From a virus: a stretch of DNA of 64,000 nt. Below, in pieces: positions 26,658 through 36,452 of this stretch. The notes below the pieces were generated by a model that did no database searches, had not been told where the DNA came from, and saw only the letters and a program-made list of their open reading frames with translations. The stretch is from positions 1 to 64,000 of IMG/VR virus record IMGVR_UViG_3300017527_000643. One strand, 5' to 3'. Position numbers and translations under genes: made by a program. How positions within the stretch are numbered: the first letter of the stretch is position 1; each line of letters opens with the position of its first letter.

Positions 26658-28022
26658 ATGGCAATAAGAATACCTGGGATCATTGTTAGGATAGTAAATG
26701 ATGCGGGGATTATCGCCCCACCACTTTTCCAGCGGTACCCTACGTACATCGGGGAAGGCGATCCCTATCGTGAAATCATCGATTCAAAACTAACCAGGGG
26801 AACTGGCGCTTGGGAAAATTTGCCAACAGTTACGACTGTTAATGAGATTGTGAGTGTTGGCGATCTTCCTGGAATTGCTAGTTACGTTGCGGGTACTGAT
26901 TATAGTTTAGTTGGAAATACGATTAATTGGAATGGTGCCGCAAGTGAGCCAACCGCAGGCGATTCTTACTATGTTACTTTTACTGAAACTCGCCCAGCAT
27001 CTGCCTACACACCAATGCTCTACTTGAACGAAAACCTTATTTATGCAGACCACGGAAACGGCACTAGGACAGATGGAACGATCAATGATGTGTCTGTTGC
27101 AGGCGCACTAGGGCTGAATGCTGGAGCTTTAGGTGTTATTATTGCTCAACTAAACTTGAGCGGCGCGGTAGACCCTGATAATCCAACGAATGCTGAACTT
27201 GAAACTGCGTTTATTGCTATGCGCGATGAACTGGATAAGGTTACAGACTATAAACTATTCTTAAACCCGATGTCTTCTGGAACCCTGAATACCACATCGG
27301 CTGCGAATATTTTCTTCAATCATGCTGTTTTGGCATCTCAGCCTGCTAATAAGCAAGAAAGAACTGTGATTGCTTCGCTTCCACAAGCCACAGGCTATCA
27401 GGCCGCTGCCACATTCGCTCAGAGCTACGCACACGAGCGTATGGTGGTCCCCGTTACCCCCGGTGCAATTAGCAGCGTTGTGGGCTACACAGGCACCTAT
27501 GATACGCGGTTCTATGCCGCTGCATTGGCTGGGAAGCTTTGCTCGGTAAGCATCGGGCGTGAGATCTCAGACGAGATTATTCCTAATGTGCTGTTTACTG
27601 ATAACTTCACTCCAGAAGAACTAAACTATCTGGTACAGCGTGGCGTCTCTCCTGCCAAGATTTCGGGCGAAGTTGTGCGTAATGTAATGGCGATTACCAC
27701 AGATACAACCAATGCGCTTACAGAATCCCTCGGCGTGCAGGACATTGCAGATTACGTGAAGAAGTACTGGAGGGAAGGGCTGTGGGCAGCGTTTAGGAAC
27801 GCGCCAATTACACAAACATTGGTTGGGCAGGTACAGGCTGCATCTACCAATATTTTGAATTCATTAGCAGGGGACGCAATTATAGCTGAATATAGAGACA
27901 TTTCGGTAGCACAAGATGTTGAAGAGCCACGGCAGTTGAATGTTACTGGCAAGATTAAACCCGCATTTGGCTTGCAGTGGATGGACGTAACGTTTACATT
28001 CGTGTTGTCATTTACTGCATAA
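26658..28022 (+). CDS. Tail sheath protein
   Basis: IPG.IVR N-terminus; C-terminal sheath domain (EELNYL...GV, ITTD, DYVK, P...L.W..VTF). Confidence 0.85.
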   Translation: MAIRIPGIIVRIVNDAGIIAPPLFQRYPTYIGEGDPYREIIDSKLTRGTGAWENLPTVTTVNEIVSVGDLPGIASYVAGTDYSLVGNTINWNGAASEPTAGDSYYVTFTETRPASAYTPMLYLNENLIYADHGNGTRTDGTINDVSVAGALGLNAGALGVIIAQLNLSGAVDPDNPTNAELETAFIAMRDELDKVTDYKLFLNPMSSGTLNTTSAANIFFNHAVLASQPANKQERTVIASLPQATGYQAAATFAQSYAHERMVVPVTPGAISSVVGYTGTYDTRFYAAALAGKLCSVSIGREISDEIIPNVLFTDNFTPEELNYLVQRGVSPAKISGEVVRNVMAITTDTTNALTESLGVQDIADYVKKYWREGLWAAFRNAPITQTLVGQVQAASTNILNSLAGDAIIAEYRDISVAQDVEEPRQLNVTGKIKPAFGLQWMDVTFTFVLSFTA

Positions 28023-28032
28023 GAGGTGAAAC

Positions 28033-28548
28033 ATGCCTTATCCATACAATGCATTGCCCAATACCCAGCATAGCGTATTTTACTCATACGCTGTTACGGT
28101 GGGGTCTGGAGCACAAATAGGTTCTTTTGAAAAGTTCTCGTCTACGTTCTCCAGAACGGCAGAGCGTATTCGTGAAGTTTATTTTTCAAGAGGTGCCCAG
28201 ACTAAAGAAATCGTATGGGCTGGTACGGACATCCAGGTAAGTATTGACCACGTTGAGCTATACCAAACGTCCATCCTGCAGGCTCTGGGTTTTCAAATCT
28301 ATACAATTGAAGATCTGAACCAGACGTTGCATATTCACGAAATGATGTTTATCCCAAATAGCCCGGTTCAATCTTCCAATACGGAAGATCCTGGGAGTGC
28401 AAATACCGAATATCGACTGATCACTTATGAAGACTGTGTGGCGACCGCTGCAAGCAAAGAAATAAACATTGGGACTGCTAGGATTGTCGAATCCATGACA
28501 TTTGAGTGCAGAACTGTCACGGGGCAAAACTTACCAGTTCCTCCTTAA
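28033..28548 (+). CDS. Tail tube protein
   Basis: 171 aa after sheath; IG......R...IRE, YEDC, ESMTF. Confidence 0.8.
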   Translation: MPYPYNALPNTQHSVFYSYAVTVGSGAQIGSFEKFSSTFSRTAERIREVYFSRGAQTKEIVWAGTDIQVSIDHVELYQTSILQALGFQIYTIEDLNQTLHIHEMMFIPNSPVQSSNTEDPGSANTEYRLITYEDCVATAASKEINIGTARIVESMTFECRTVTGQNLPVPP

Positions 28549-28591
28549 TGTTTATAGTTTATAGTTTATCGAAACGAAAAGGAACGCAGCT

Positions 28592-29092
28592 ATGACAACG
28601 AAGCCTATTCCCCCTTCCGATATTACTAATTTGCCACCGCAAGACATTGGCCAAATAGAGCATAATTCTGAGTTTTATGCTTTTGAGCAATTGTTCTTTA
28701 TGGGATATGCGGAATCTGAGCCAATCGTAATATATAAAGACGATAAGCACGAATTTATTGTTAAATTCAGAACGCTCACCCCAAATGAATTGCGCGATGT
28801 TATCGAATCGGCGCATAAATTTGAGACGGTTGGTGCACAGGCGATCACCGAAAAATTGGAAACATTAGCACGAGTTATCGTTACAATTAACCATACACCA
28901 CTCGTACTTACACAAAAAGAGCAACAGGAATATTATGATAAACATAATGAACACCCAGCATCATTGACTATGGCACGCATCATTCTGCACGAAAAGATAA
29001 AGTCAATGGAAATCATTGAGATCATGTACGATAAGTATATGGATTTTCAGATAAAAATAAATGAAATGTTTGAGGAGGCAAAAAAAAAATAG
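28592..29092 (+). CDS. Tail assembly chaperone (G-like)
   Basis: KFRTLTPNE motif; lies between tube and TMP; ends at an A10 slippery run. Confidence 0.8.
   Translation: MTTKPIPPSDITNLPPQDIGQIEHNSEFYAFEQLFFMGYAESEPIVIYKDDKHEFIVKFRTLTPNELRDVIESAHKFETVGAQAITEKLETLARVIVTINHTPLVLTQKEQQEYYDKHNEHPASLTMARIILHEKIKSMEIIEIMYDKYMDFQIKINEMFEEAKKK
29080..29092 (+). other. Programmed -1 ribosomal frameshift site
   Basis: GCA AAA AAA AAA TAG; the -1 frame is open (IETSGFFNLNLEI) into ORF 29128-29559. Confidence 0.8.
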
Positions 29093-29559
29093 AAACGAGC
29101 GGCTTCTTCAATCTTAATTTAGAGATAATGACACAATTCAAAGTTCTCCCTACCGATCCACGATTTCAGTCCTTAAACCTTTTCCAAAAACTTGTGTTAG
29201 CATCTGCCTTACGTAAAGATTTTACTAGCAAGGTAGAGATCGGAAAAGGCATATTTGATAAAGCTTTACTATATATAAACCCTGAAGTATGGTTGAAAGA
29301 AAAGGCAATTCAAGGAGAATTACCCCCAGGTAAATATGATAAGGTGAACTCAGAATTTAAAAACATACAGGCGTATGGACGGGCTACTGGTGAAATGCCT
29401 GAAGATACTATGATAGCCAAGGCACTCAAGCAGGCATTAGCTATGAAGGGAAAAGTGTCCCCTAACGATAGGTTAGTTTTGCGTGGGGATCTTGACAATC
29501 TTCAGGAATTCAAGGGTGCACCCCTCCCAACGCACCCTACTTCCTCTGACGAATTGTGA
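29089..29559 (+). CDS. Tail assembly chaperone extension (GT-like, -1 frame)
   Basis: Open -1 frame from 29089; no good SD before ATG 29128; FKVLPTDPRF motif. Confidence 0.7.
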   Translation: METSGFFNLNLEIMTQFKVLPTDPRFQSLNLFQKLVLASALRKDFTSKVEIGKGIFDKALLYINPEVWLKEKAIQGELPPGKYDKVNSEFKNIQAYGRATGEMPEDTMIAKALKQALAMKGKVSPNDRLVLRGDLDNLQEFKGAPLPTHPTSSDEL

Positions 29560-29566
29560 TAATATA

Positions 29567-31897
29567 ATGGCAGATTCCTTTGATCCAAGTGCAGTAAGCA
29601 GCATGGAAGCCTCCATGGCGAAAATGGCTACCAGTTCAGCAACTGTAGCTGACGCCATGCAAGGAATGCAAACTTCGATGGGTGGGATGCGTGAGTATAT
29701 GGAGACGGTTAATACTTCTAGTGATAGTTTGGATGCTGCTTTAAAAGAAATTGTAACAACTGTAAATTATATGGCAAGGGGGATAGATGAAGTTGCAGAT
29801 AGTGTAAAAGAGTCAACGACTAACATGCAAAAATTTAACAAAGAGACAAAATCCGCAGCAAAAAACGCTGGTATGATATCTAAATTTTATGCAAAGATGA
29901 AAAAAGATATTAAAGGTCTACCAAAAAGCACGGCGAGTTTTGCTAAAAGTTCGGCTGCTCAAGTTACTGGAATGAGTATTGGGTTAGGAACTATTGTTAC
30001 TTTACTATTAAAAGCCGCCAACAACATGCGTATGCTTAGCGGAATGACACGCCAAGCTTCTGCGCATTTTGAAGGAGGGCAGAAACAAATCGGTTCAGCT
30101 AGGGCAGCGGTAATGCAACTTCGTCGTGGGTTTGCTGCAACTTATGAAGAAGCTGGTGGGGTTGTAAGTTCTTTGGCTCAGATGGGAATGAGTGCAAAAG
30201 AGATAGAAGGAACGCATTTCAAGAAAAAAACATGGATTGAAGGCCCCGTGGCGATGACGGAAGAACTGAAGAGATTGTCGAAGAGTGAATATAACGCATT
30301 TAAGGATGTTGGTCGATTACAACGAGATTTATCTGATAACCAAACTACTATGACAGATGAAGAATTTGAACATAAAAAAGGACTAATGAAAGAACGCATG
30401 TGGGATCAGGAATACTCAAGCCAACGACAAATGAGAATTATTAAAGACCAAAAGGAAGCAAGCATAGCAGCACACGAGGCTTCGGAAAAGACGAGAAGAA
30501 GAGAATATAAGACTACATACGGTGCTGCACAAGAATTATACGCCATTGAAAAAGCATTTGGAGTAAAAGTGCAGCAGAGCGGTATGTTTGTTAAGCAGAT
30601 GGAGCAGGATTATGGAAAAGCAAATGATGAAGCAAGGAAGATGTTAGGGGCTGCGATAGCAACAGCCACCCAAATAGACAATATTGGTGTAGATGAGCTT
30701 CTGTCAGATTGGCAGAAAATGATTAATTCAGCACAGACGTACAAAACAGACGTAAATGGTATCCTTGCTTTGTACAATACTATGATGAGAAAAGAAGCAC
30801 AGATGGGATTGAAGGGTGTTCCAGTTGGCGTGCGTAAAGATATCGCAGCAACAGTGACTTCCTGGAAAGCCTCTATGGATCTAGGTATGAAGGCACGATT
30901 AGGAAAGGGTGCTACGCCAGCAGAGCGTGCGCTTGAATTTGAAAATATAGATTATGGAGAACAACTATCGCGTGCCATGAACTTCCTGCGTGAAATTGTT
31001 CCTGAAGGTATTGAAGGCGGCACAGCAGCAGAAAAATCAAGAGCTAAGATAAAAGTTCGTAAAATGGCAGAGAAGATGGAATTTCCCCCAGATGTACAGA
31101 AGCACCTTGCTGATGCTGTTGTGGAAGGAAAAATAACTTCTGAAGAAACAAAAAAGATGAATGCGCAATATGAGGCAGAAAGAGACGCAGTAGCAAAAAA
31201 TGAAAAGATATGGAATGAGCAGCGGGGGAAGTTGATTGAACACGCAGGAAAAACTGCTACAAAGTTATTAACAATTCAACAATTGCTAGAAAGAAAAGCA
31301 GCAGATTTTGCTGCTAACTATTTACAACCTATAGTGAACTGGTTATCTGAGATATGGGGCGCAGTTTCTAAACTTTGGGAAGACCCCGAGCAGAAGCTAG
31401 AGAGAAAAGCTATGGAGGAATTGACAAAAACTATGTCCCCTGCACAGGCTAGTTATTACCTGACAGATGTAATGAAAAAACATGGAGGAAAAGGTGGGGC
31501 ACTAGAACCAAAGGAATTTGCAGGAGCTACCGGTTTTGATTTGATACATTCTTACGCTCAGCAGCAAGGGGAAGGTACTTTGGGGACTGGTATGGCTACG
31601 ATTGGCGGATTGGCTAAGTGGGTGACCGGTAGCGCGGAAGAAGAAAGAGAAAAATACAGAGTAGCAGCAACATATGCTTCGGCTACTCGGCGTTCTAAAG
31701 AGCTAGCAGCAGACCCTGATTGGGGTCCAAAGTATGCGTCAGCACGAAAACAAAGTGGAAAAGCGGCTGCAAAGGTTTTTAATGATTATCTAGATCACAT
31801 AAGCGGAAAAAAGACACCAAGCGCCGAAATGCGTATACCGGGTGGTGACGGTGAAAATCTTGCTGGAGAAAGAACACCGGTTGGATCTAAACTTTAA
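29567..31897 (+). CDS. Tape measure protein
   Basis: 776 aa, helical, A/M/K-rich; follows chaperone pair. Confidence 0.8.
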   Translation: MADSFDPSAVSSMEASMAKMATSSATVADAMQGMQTSMGGMREYMETVNTSSDSLDAALKEIVTTVNYMARGIDEVADSVKESTTNMQKFNKETKSAAKNAGMISKFYAKMKKDIKGLPKSTASFAKSSAAQVTGMSIGLGTIVTLLLKAANNMRMLSGMTRQASAHFEGGQKQIGSARAAVMQLRRGFAATYEEAGGVVSSLAQMGMSAKEIEGTHFKKKTWIEGPVAMTEELKRLSKSEYNAFKDVGRLQRDLSDNQTTMTDEEFEHKKGLMKERMWDQEYSSQRQMRIIKDQKEASIAAHEASEKTRRREYKTTYGAAQELYAIEKAFGVKVQQSGMFVKQMEQDYGKANDEARKMLGAAIATATQIDNIGVDELLSDWQKMINSAQTYKTDVNGILALYNTMMRKEAQMGLKGVPVGVRKDIAATVTSWKASMDLGMKARLGKGATPAERALEFENIDYGEQLSRAMNFLREIVPEGIEGGTAAEKSRAKIKVRKMAEKMEFPPDVQKHLADAVVEGKITSEETKKMNAQYEAERDAVAKNEKIWNEQRGKLIEHAGKTATKLLTIQQLLERKAADFAANYLQPIVNWLSEIWGAVSKLWEDPEQKLERKAMEELTKTMSPAQASYYLTDVMKKHGGKGGALEPKEFAGATGFDLIHSYAQQQGEGTLGTGMATIGGLAKWVTGSAEEEREKYRVAATYASATRRSKELAADPDWGPKYASARKQSGKAAAKVFNDYLDHISGKKTPSAEMRIPGGDGENLAGERTPVGSKL

Positions 31898-31911
31898 CGT
31901 AGGTAAATCCC

Positions 31912-32685
31912 ATGGGAAAAAATAGTGCACTAGAGATTTCAAAGAAATTTGTAGACTTTCTGACGCCTGATGCGCAGGCCGAAAAACTCATATTTAGAAG
32001 ATACCCCGGCGAAATTCTCCAAGCTGCTGCAGCGTATGGAGAACCCATTAATGAAAAGCAGATCGACAAAATCATATTGAAGATCAATCCTCGAAACATA
32101 GGTTTTACAAAAGCCAAAGTTATCCAAAAAGTACAGACAAGTGCACCTGACCGTTTTATTGTGTTTGATTGGGGTCATGAACTTACGGTAATAAATATAG
32201 AGGGCGTTACTGGAAATTTGCTTCCTGACTCACTTACAAAAGGCGTCTTAGACCCTGTTGCTGATGCTACTATGGAATCGCTAGCATGGTCGCCTAACAC
32301 GCAACAAAATCTTCGAGGGAATGAAGGCTGGAAAAGTTTCCAAAATGTTAGTTCCCAGATGAACTCTATATTTAATGATGTTACTTTGGGCACAATGACA
32401 TACAGTGAGTTACTAGAATTATCTCCGAAATATAAAACGTTCAAGAAACTAGAAAAGATATATGACGATGCAGACGCAGATGATGATATCATTACTTTAG
32501 AATTGGGAAATGATATCTACAGAGGGTTTTTTGAGCAATTCAATTTTTCAATTTCGGCTGAATCTCCATGGAGTTGGACTTACAGTCTTGTTTTTGTAAT
32601 ACTTTCTAATCTTTCAGAAAAAGTTAAGAAGCTAGATCCTGCGCATACAGATAAAGATAATACTAACAAATTTACAAACAGTTAG
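31912..32685 (+). CDS. Tail tube initiator/baseplate protein
   Basis: L.INP......K.K.I...QT, WG.....I...G.TG, Y.G.F..F.F...AE.P..W.Y. Confidence 0.65.
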   Translation: MGKNSALEISKKFVDFLTPDAQAEKLIFRRYPGEILQAAAAYGEPINEKQIDKIILKINPRNIGFTKAKVIQKVQTSAPDRFIVFDWGHELTVINIEGVTGNLLPDSLTKGVLDPVADATMESLAWSPNTQQNLRGNEGWKSFQNVSSQMNSIFNDVTLGTMTYSELLELSPKYKTFKKLEKIYDDADADDDIITLELGNDIYRGFFEQFNFSISAESPWSWTYSLVFVILSNLSEKVKKLDPAHTDKDNTNKFTNS

Positions 32686-32692
32686 AGATAAG

Positions 32693-34840
32693 ATGCCAAT
32701 AAAAATCGATACAAATGATCTTATAGCTAAGGCACTTGTCCAGGAATTATATTCCAAACCGGATAAAGAAGATCAGGTGCTGGCGACTAACGCGTTGGAC
32801 AAAAGCGAAATTGTAAAATTTATGGAAGCGTATCCGCTAAAATCATCCCACGTAGACAATAATTTATTAGCTGTGGTACCACAAGATGTGTATCATCCAG
32901 AAATTACAATAGCTATTGATTTTACGCATCAATTTGTACAAAGTACAAAAGCTATTAAAGGGAAGCGCCCATTAGACCCTCGGTTTTTTGCAAAATTTGC
33001 GGATAAGCTATTTGTATTTACAAAAAGATACTTTGATTATGTGATGTCTGTTGGAGATCGTGTAGATTTTGTAGCTGATATTACTAAAGATTATGAGTTT
33101 TCTTCGCACAATGAAGAGGACATGAACCTTTTTGTGAATCGTATCATTAACTATTTCCTAACGAACGTAAGTGTAAGTAAAGCACGTAAAGAGATAGGGA
33201 ACGCATCTCTTACATTCAAGGATATAAAAAATCCACTAAAAGATGGTAAAGGCAACTACAGAATATTTTTTGATGGAGCATTTAGGATATTCAATCAATT
33301 ATTAGCGCCTATGCTTCCAATTGTTATTTGGGGAAGGGGTCGTTTGTATAAGAACTGGTATTTTCCAATCTTTGATGGATTCATTGTTTCAACTTCCCCT
33401 ACTGATTCTAATGGGTTTGTTGAGTACCAGATTTCTTGCAAGGACGTGCTTGAGTTAGCAAGAATAAGTGTGGAGATGATTAACCCTGCCATTCAGCAAG
33501 AAGCTGAAGATAAAAAAATAGATGCGATCAATCTTTTAAGTAAGCCGTTTTATGGGCATGACCACTTTACTATAGTTGACCGCATGTTCAGAGGCGGTAA
33601 GCTAGTCTATGATCCTTCAGCACGCGCAAATCAAATTCAAGAAAAATTCAATGTAGATATAACCAGAAAGCCTACCCTTACAGATGCTCCCGCTATTCCT
33701 AAAGTACATGACCCAGAGCATGCCCCAATAGAAGAGGAAGGCTTACCATTAACTGCATTAGGTAGATTCGATCCGGTTGATGGGGATGATTTTAAACTGA
33801 AGGAGGGTTTAGACGAAATTGGCGTGTATAAAGATCAGTTTACTGACAAATATAGATTAGATTATGTTTCTCATCAACGCGTGCGCAAACTCATTACATG
33901 GGGAGATAAAATGACTCCCTATAGAGTGTGGACGCTCCAATCCCCAGACTTATTTACATCTACCTTTGCTACACGATTAGATGTAATAAATGAAGTTGCA
34001 GGCAAAGTTTATTATGATTTTTTTGTTGATGGATGCGGGAATGTTCATTATCATCCAATGCGGTTAACCAATGACTTTCTAATGAACAATGCAACAACTT
34101 ATGATCCATCATCTCCCAATAATAAAAAATTTGTTCCACGTTCATTTCCTCATTCCCAAGTAATTACTCCTGAAGAAACTTTTTCTGTGAATAGTGCATT
34201 AAATATTGAAGAATTGGTTACCTTTTTGCGCGTGACTGGTGTAGATGAAGTAATAGGCTCTACCGCTCCAGAACTTTTAACTTTATATGGAAGCGCTAGA
34301 GATAAACGAATGATATCCAAGTATGGATATCGTAGAAAAGAAATTAATAATACACTCTTCAATATCAATCAGAATATCGCTAAGAAGATAACATTTTTGG
34401 ACGTAGCAGCTATGGTAATGATGCAGTTTGCTAACGCTGAGTTGTATACTCGTCAGCAGGTTATTGCTTTTCGACCAGAACTGGAACTGGCATCACCGGT
34501 AATTTTTAGTGAAGATAACAATGTATTTTATATAAATTCTATAGAGCATAATTTCGTGGTTGGTGGGGATGCTACGACCAACATCAATGGCAGTTTTGGA
34601 AGAAGAGATTTGGAATTGCCACCAGATTTGAATAGTTTACTAGTGGCAACACAAACCGTGTACGATCTTAAGGGATTCGAACCAGCAGAATTTTGGAGCA
34701 AACTAAAAATTGATGATTGGAAAAATTATTTAGATGCAACCCAAGATACTATTGAAGAACTAGAATTAATGGAATTTCTGGATAATACTTATGGATCTTC
34801 GGACGTAAGTGGGCCGGTTGATGACGATGAGTGGCTTTGA
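32693..34840 (+). CDS. Baseplate hub (gp27/gpD-like)
   Basis: IFDGFI, ISCKD, FFVD..GN.HY.P, YGYR, RPEL....P, YI.SIEHNF..G...T. Confidence 0.7.
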   Translation: MPIKIDTNDLIAKALVQELYSKPDKEDQVLATNALDKSEIVKFMEAYPLKSSHVDNNLLAVVPQDVYHPEITIAIDFTHQFVQSTKAIKGKRPLDPRFFAKFADKLFVFTKRYFDYVMSVGDRVDFVADITKDYEFSSHNEEDMNLFVNRIINYFLTNVSVSKARKEIGNASLTFKDIKNPLKDGKGNYRIFFDGAFRIFNQLLAPMLPIVIWGRGRLYKNWYFPIFDGFIVSTSPTDSNGFVEYQISCKDVLELARISVEMINPAIQQEAEDKKIDAINLLSKPFYGHDHFTIVDRMFRGGKLVYDPSARANQIQEKFNVDITRKPTLTDAPAIPKVHDPEHAPIEEEGLPLTALGRFDPVDGDDFKLKEGLDEIGVYKDQFTDKYRLDYVSHQRVRKLITWGDKMTPYRVWTLQSPDLFTSTFATRLDVINEVAGKVYYDFFVDGCGNVHYHPMRLTNDFLMNNATTYDPSSPNNKKFVPRSFPHSQVITPEETFSVNSALNIEELVTFLRVTGVDEVIGSTAPELLTLYGSARDKRMISKYGYRRKEINNTLFNINQNIAKKITFLDVAAMVMMQFANAELYTRQQVIAFRPELELASPVIFSEDNNVFYINSIEHNFVVGGDATTNINGSFGRRDLELPPDLNSLLVATQTVYDLKGFEPAEFWSKLKIDDWKNYLDATQDTIEELELMEFLDNTYGSSDVSGPVDDDEWL

Positions 34841-34876
34841 TTAGTATTTTTGGTATTGTTTCTTTAGAGGATTACC

Positions 34877-35959
34877 ATGGCATTAGACGCATTTTTATTC
34901 GAAGCACGCGTAACAGCGGTGTTTCCTGAAGAACGTGTGGTAAGTGCATCATGGCTTAAGTCTGGTGAACATCAGATTTTTGATGCGCGTGTCATAATGA
35001 GTCATGGGAATTTTTCATTTCCTATGGTAGGCGATATCGTCCTAGTTATTGGTGGTCCTTCAAGTTACTATTGCATAGGGAAAATAGATAATCAGTATAA
35101 AGTAAAGCTTGGGCTAGGCCAGGAAGATGAGGACGGTAATCCTGCTATAGTTAAGCTAGGTGATGGCACGGAAATTGGTGAAGATCTAAAAGCTAAAAAG
35201 GTACATGGAGGAGAAACTGTCCTTGGAAATTTAGCTAAAGGAATCTGGTTATCGCTTTCCAATTCGCGCAATTTTTCCTTGATGGGTGGTGTAAACGAGG
35301 GGATCAAATATATTTACAATGCAGGAAAGACCACGATACGAACGCTACAAGTATTAAGTCAAACGATTGTAAATGATGCAAGCGGGCAAATTACCACATT
35401 GGGCGCTGTCATGCGCTTCTTTCCTGGTGTTGGTAACTTTATCGCTAAGAACCCACAAACGCAGCAAGGTGCAGTAGAAGCTACTACTACAATTTACGAT
35501 ACTGCTACTGCTCTTGCAAAAGCAACGTTCAAACTAGGTGATATTTTTATTGAACCGATTGCCTCTCAAGATGCAGGGATACTTCAGCCCCATACGGAAG
35601 CAGGAGTCGCTGGTACAGCATCCTGGCTGAATGCCATATTAGCTGTAATGAACGCTGCGGGAATAGAAGTAGCTTCTATTAAAATGGACGCAGTTGGTAA
35701 TTTAACAATAAACACTCCACTAGGCGGAAAAACAGTTATAAATTCGAGTACTACTACGCATATTATTAGCACGGCGGGTACATGGATTGGCGGAACGACT
35801 GAAGGGCCTCCTGTAGACCCGATGGTGTTGGGGCAACAATTATATACTTGGCTTGCTGCGCATAAGCACCCCACGGGGACTGGCCCATCTGGGCCACCTA
35901 CACCAGATGACCAAGCTACATTAGCTACAATCCTTAGTCTGAAAAACTTCGTAGACTAA
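34877..35959 (+). CDS. Baseplate spike (gpV/gp5-like)
   Basis: N-terminal OB-fold (ARVTAV...P.VGD.VLV) and C-terminal HxH metal tip (AHKHPTGTGPSGPP). Confidence 0.75.
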   Translation: MALDAFLFEARVTAVFPEERVVSASWLKSGEHQIFDARVIMSHGNFSFPMVGDIVLVIGGPSSYYCIGKIDNQYKVKLGLGQEDEDGNPAIVKLGDGTEIGEDLKAKKVHGGETVLGNLAKGIWLSLSNSRNFSLMGGVNEGIKYIYNAGKTTIRTLQVLSQTIVNDASGQITTLGAVMRFFPGVGNFIAKNPQTQQGAVEATTTIYDTATALAKATFKLGDIFIEPIASQDAGILQPHTEAGVAGTASWLNAILAVMNAAGIEVASIKMDAVGNLTINTPLGGKTVINSSTTTHIISTAGTWIGGTTEGPPVDPMVLGQQLYTWLAAHKHPTGTGPSGPPTPDDQATLATILSLKNFVD

Positions 35960-35960
35960 A

Positions 35961-36452
35961 ATGGCTCTTTTACCCGCTACATTAGCTTCAGCATTGATTG
36001 CAAACATTGATAACTTCACGATGGAAGCACAGGCAACGGCTGCGTGGGCAGACTCTTTTGATACGTATTTTCAGACAGCGATGGCTGGTGCTGTTCCTAT
36101 AATTCCTCCCCCGTTTACTGCTACAGCCGATGCACGGGATCAAATGGAAGACGCACTTACAGGAATGTCGGTGCAGGATATGGGGTCAACCAAAATCGTA
36201 GCTGGAATTACAGCATATTGGACACAACTAACTGCAGATGCAACGACTATTTTTTCTGCATGTACGGCTATCGCAGCCCCCGGTGGTTTGGCTGCGCTTA
36301 AGGGTCTGTTGGATCTTGATTTTGCATCGAATACGACTGGTGTTGTAGCAAAAGAAGCGGCGTTAACTACAATTGCAAATACGATCCATACTGCACAAAG
36401 CGGGGGAACTGCGACATTTCCAGCACCGGTTGGTGTGCAAACTATTGTTTAG
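35961..36452 (+). CDS. Baseplate-associated Ala-rich protein
   Basis: 163 aa following the spike. Confidence 0.5.
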   Translation: MALLPATLASALIANIDNFTMEAQATAAWADSFDTYFQTAMAGAVPIIPPPFTATADARDQMEDALTGMSVQDMGSTKIVAGITAYWTQLTADATTIFSACTAIAAPGGLAALKGLLDLDFASNTTGVVAKEAALTTIANTIHTAQSGGTATFPAPVGVQTIV

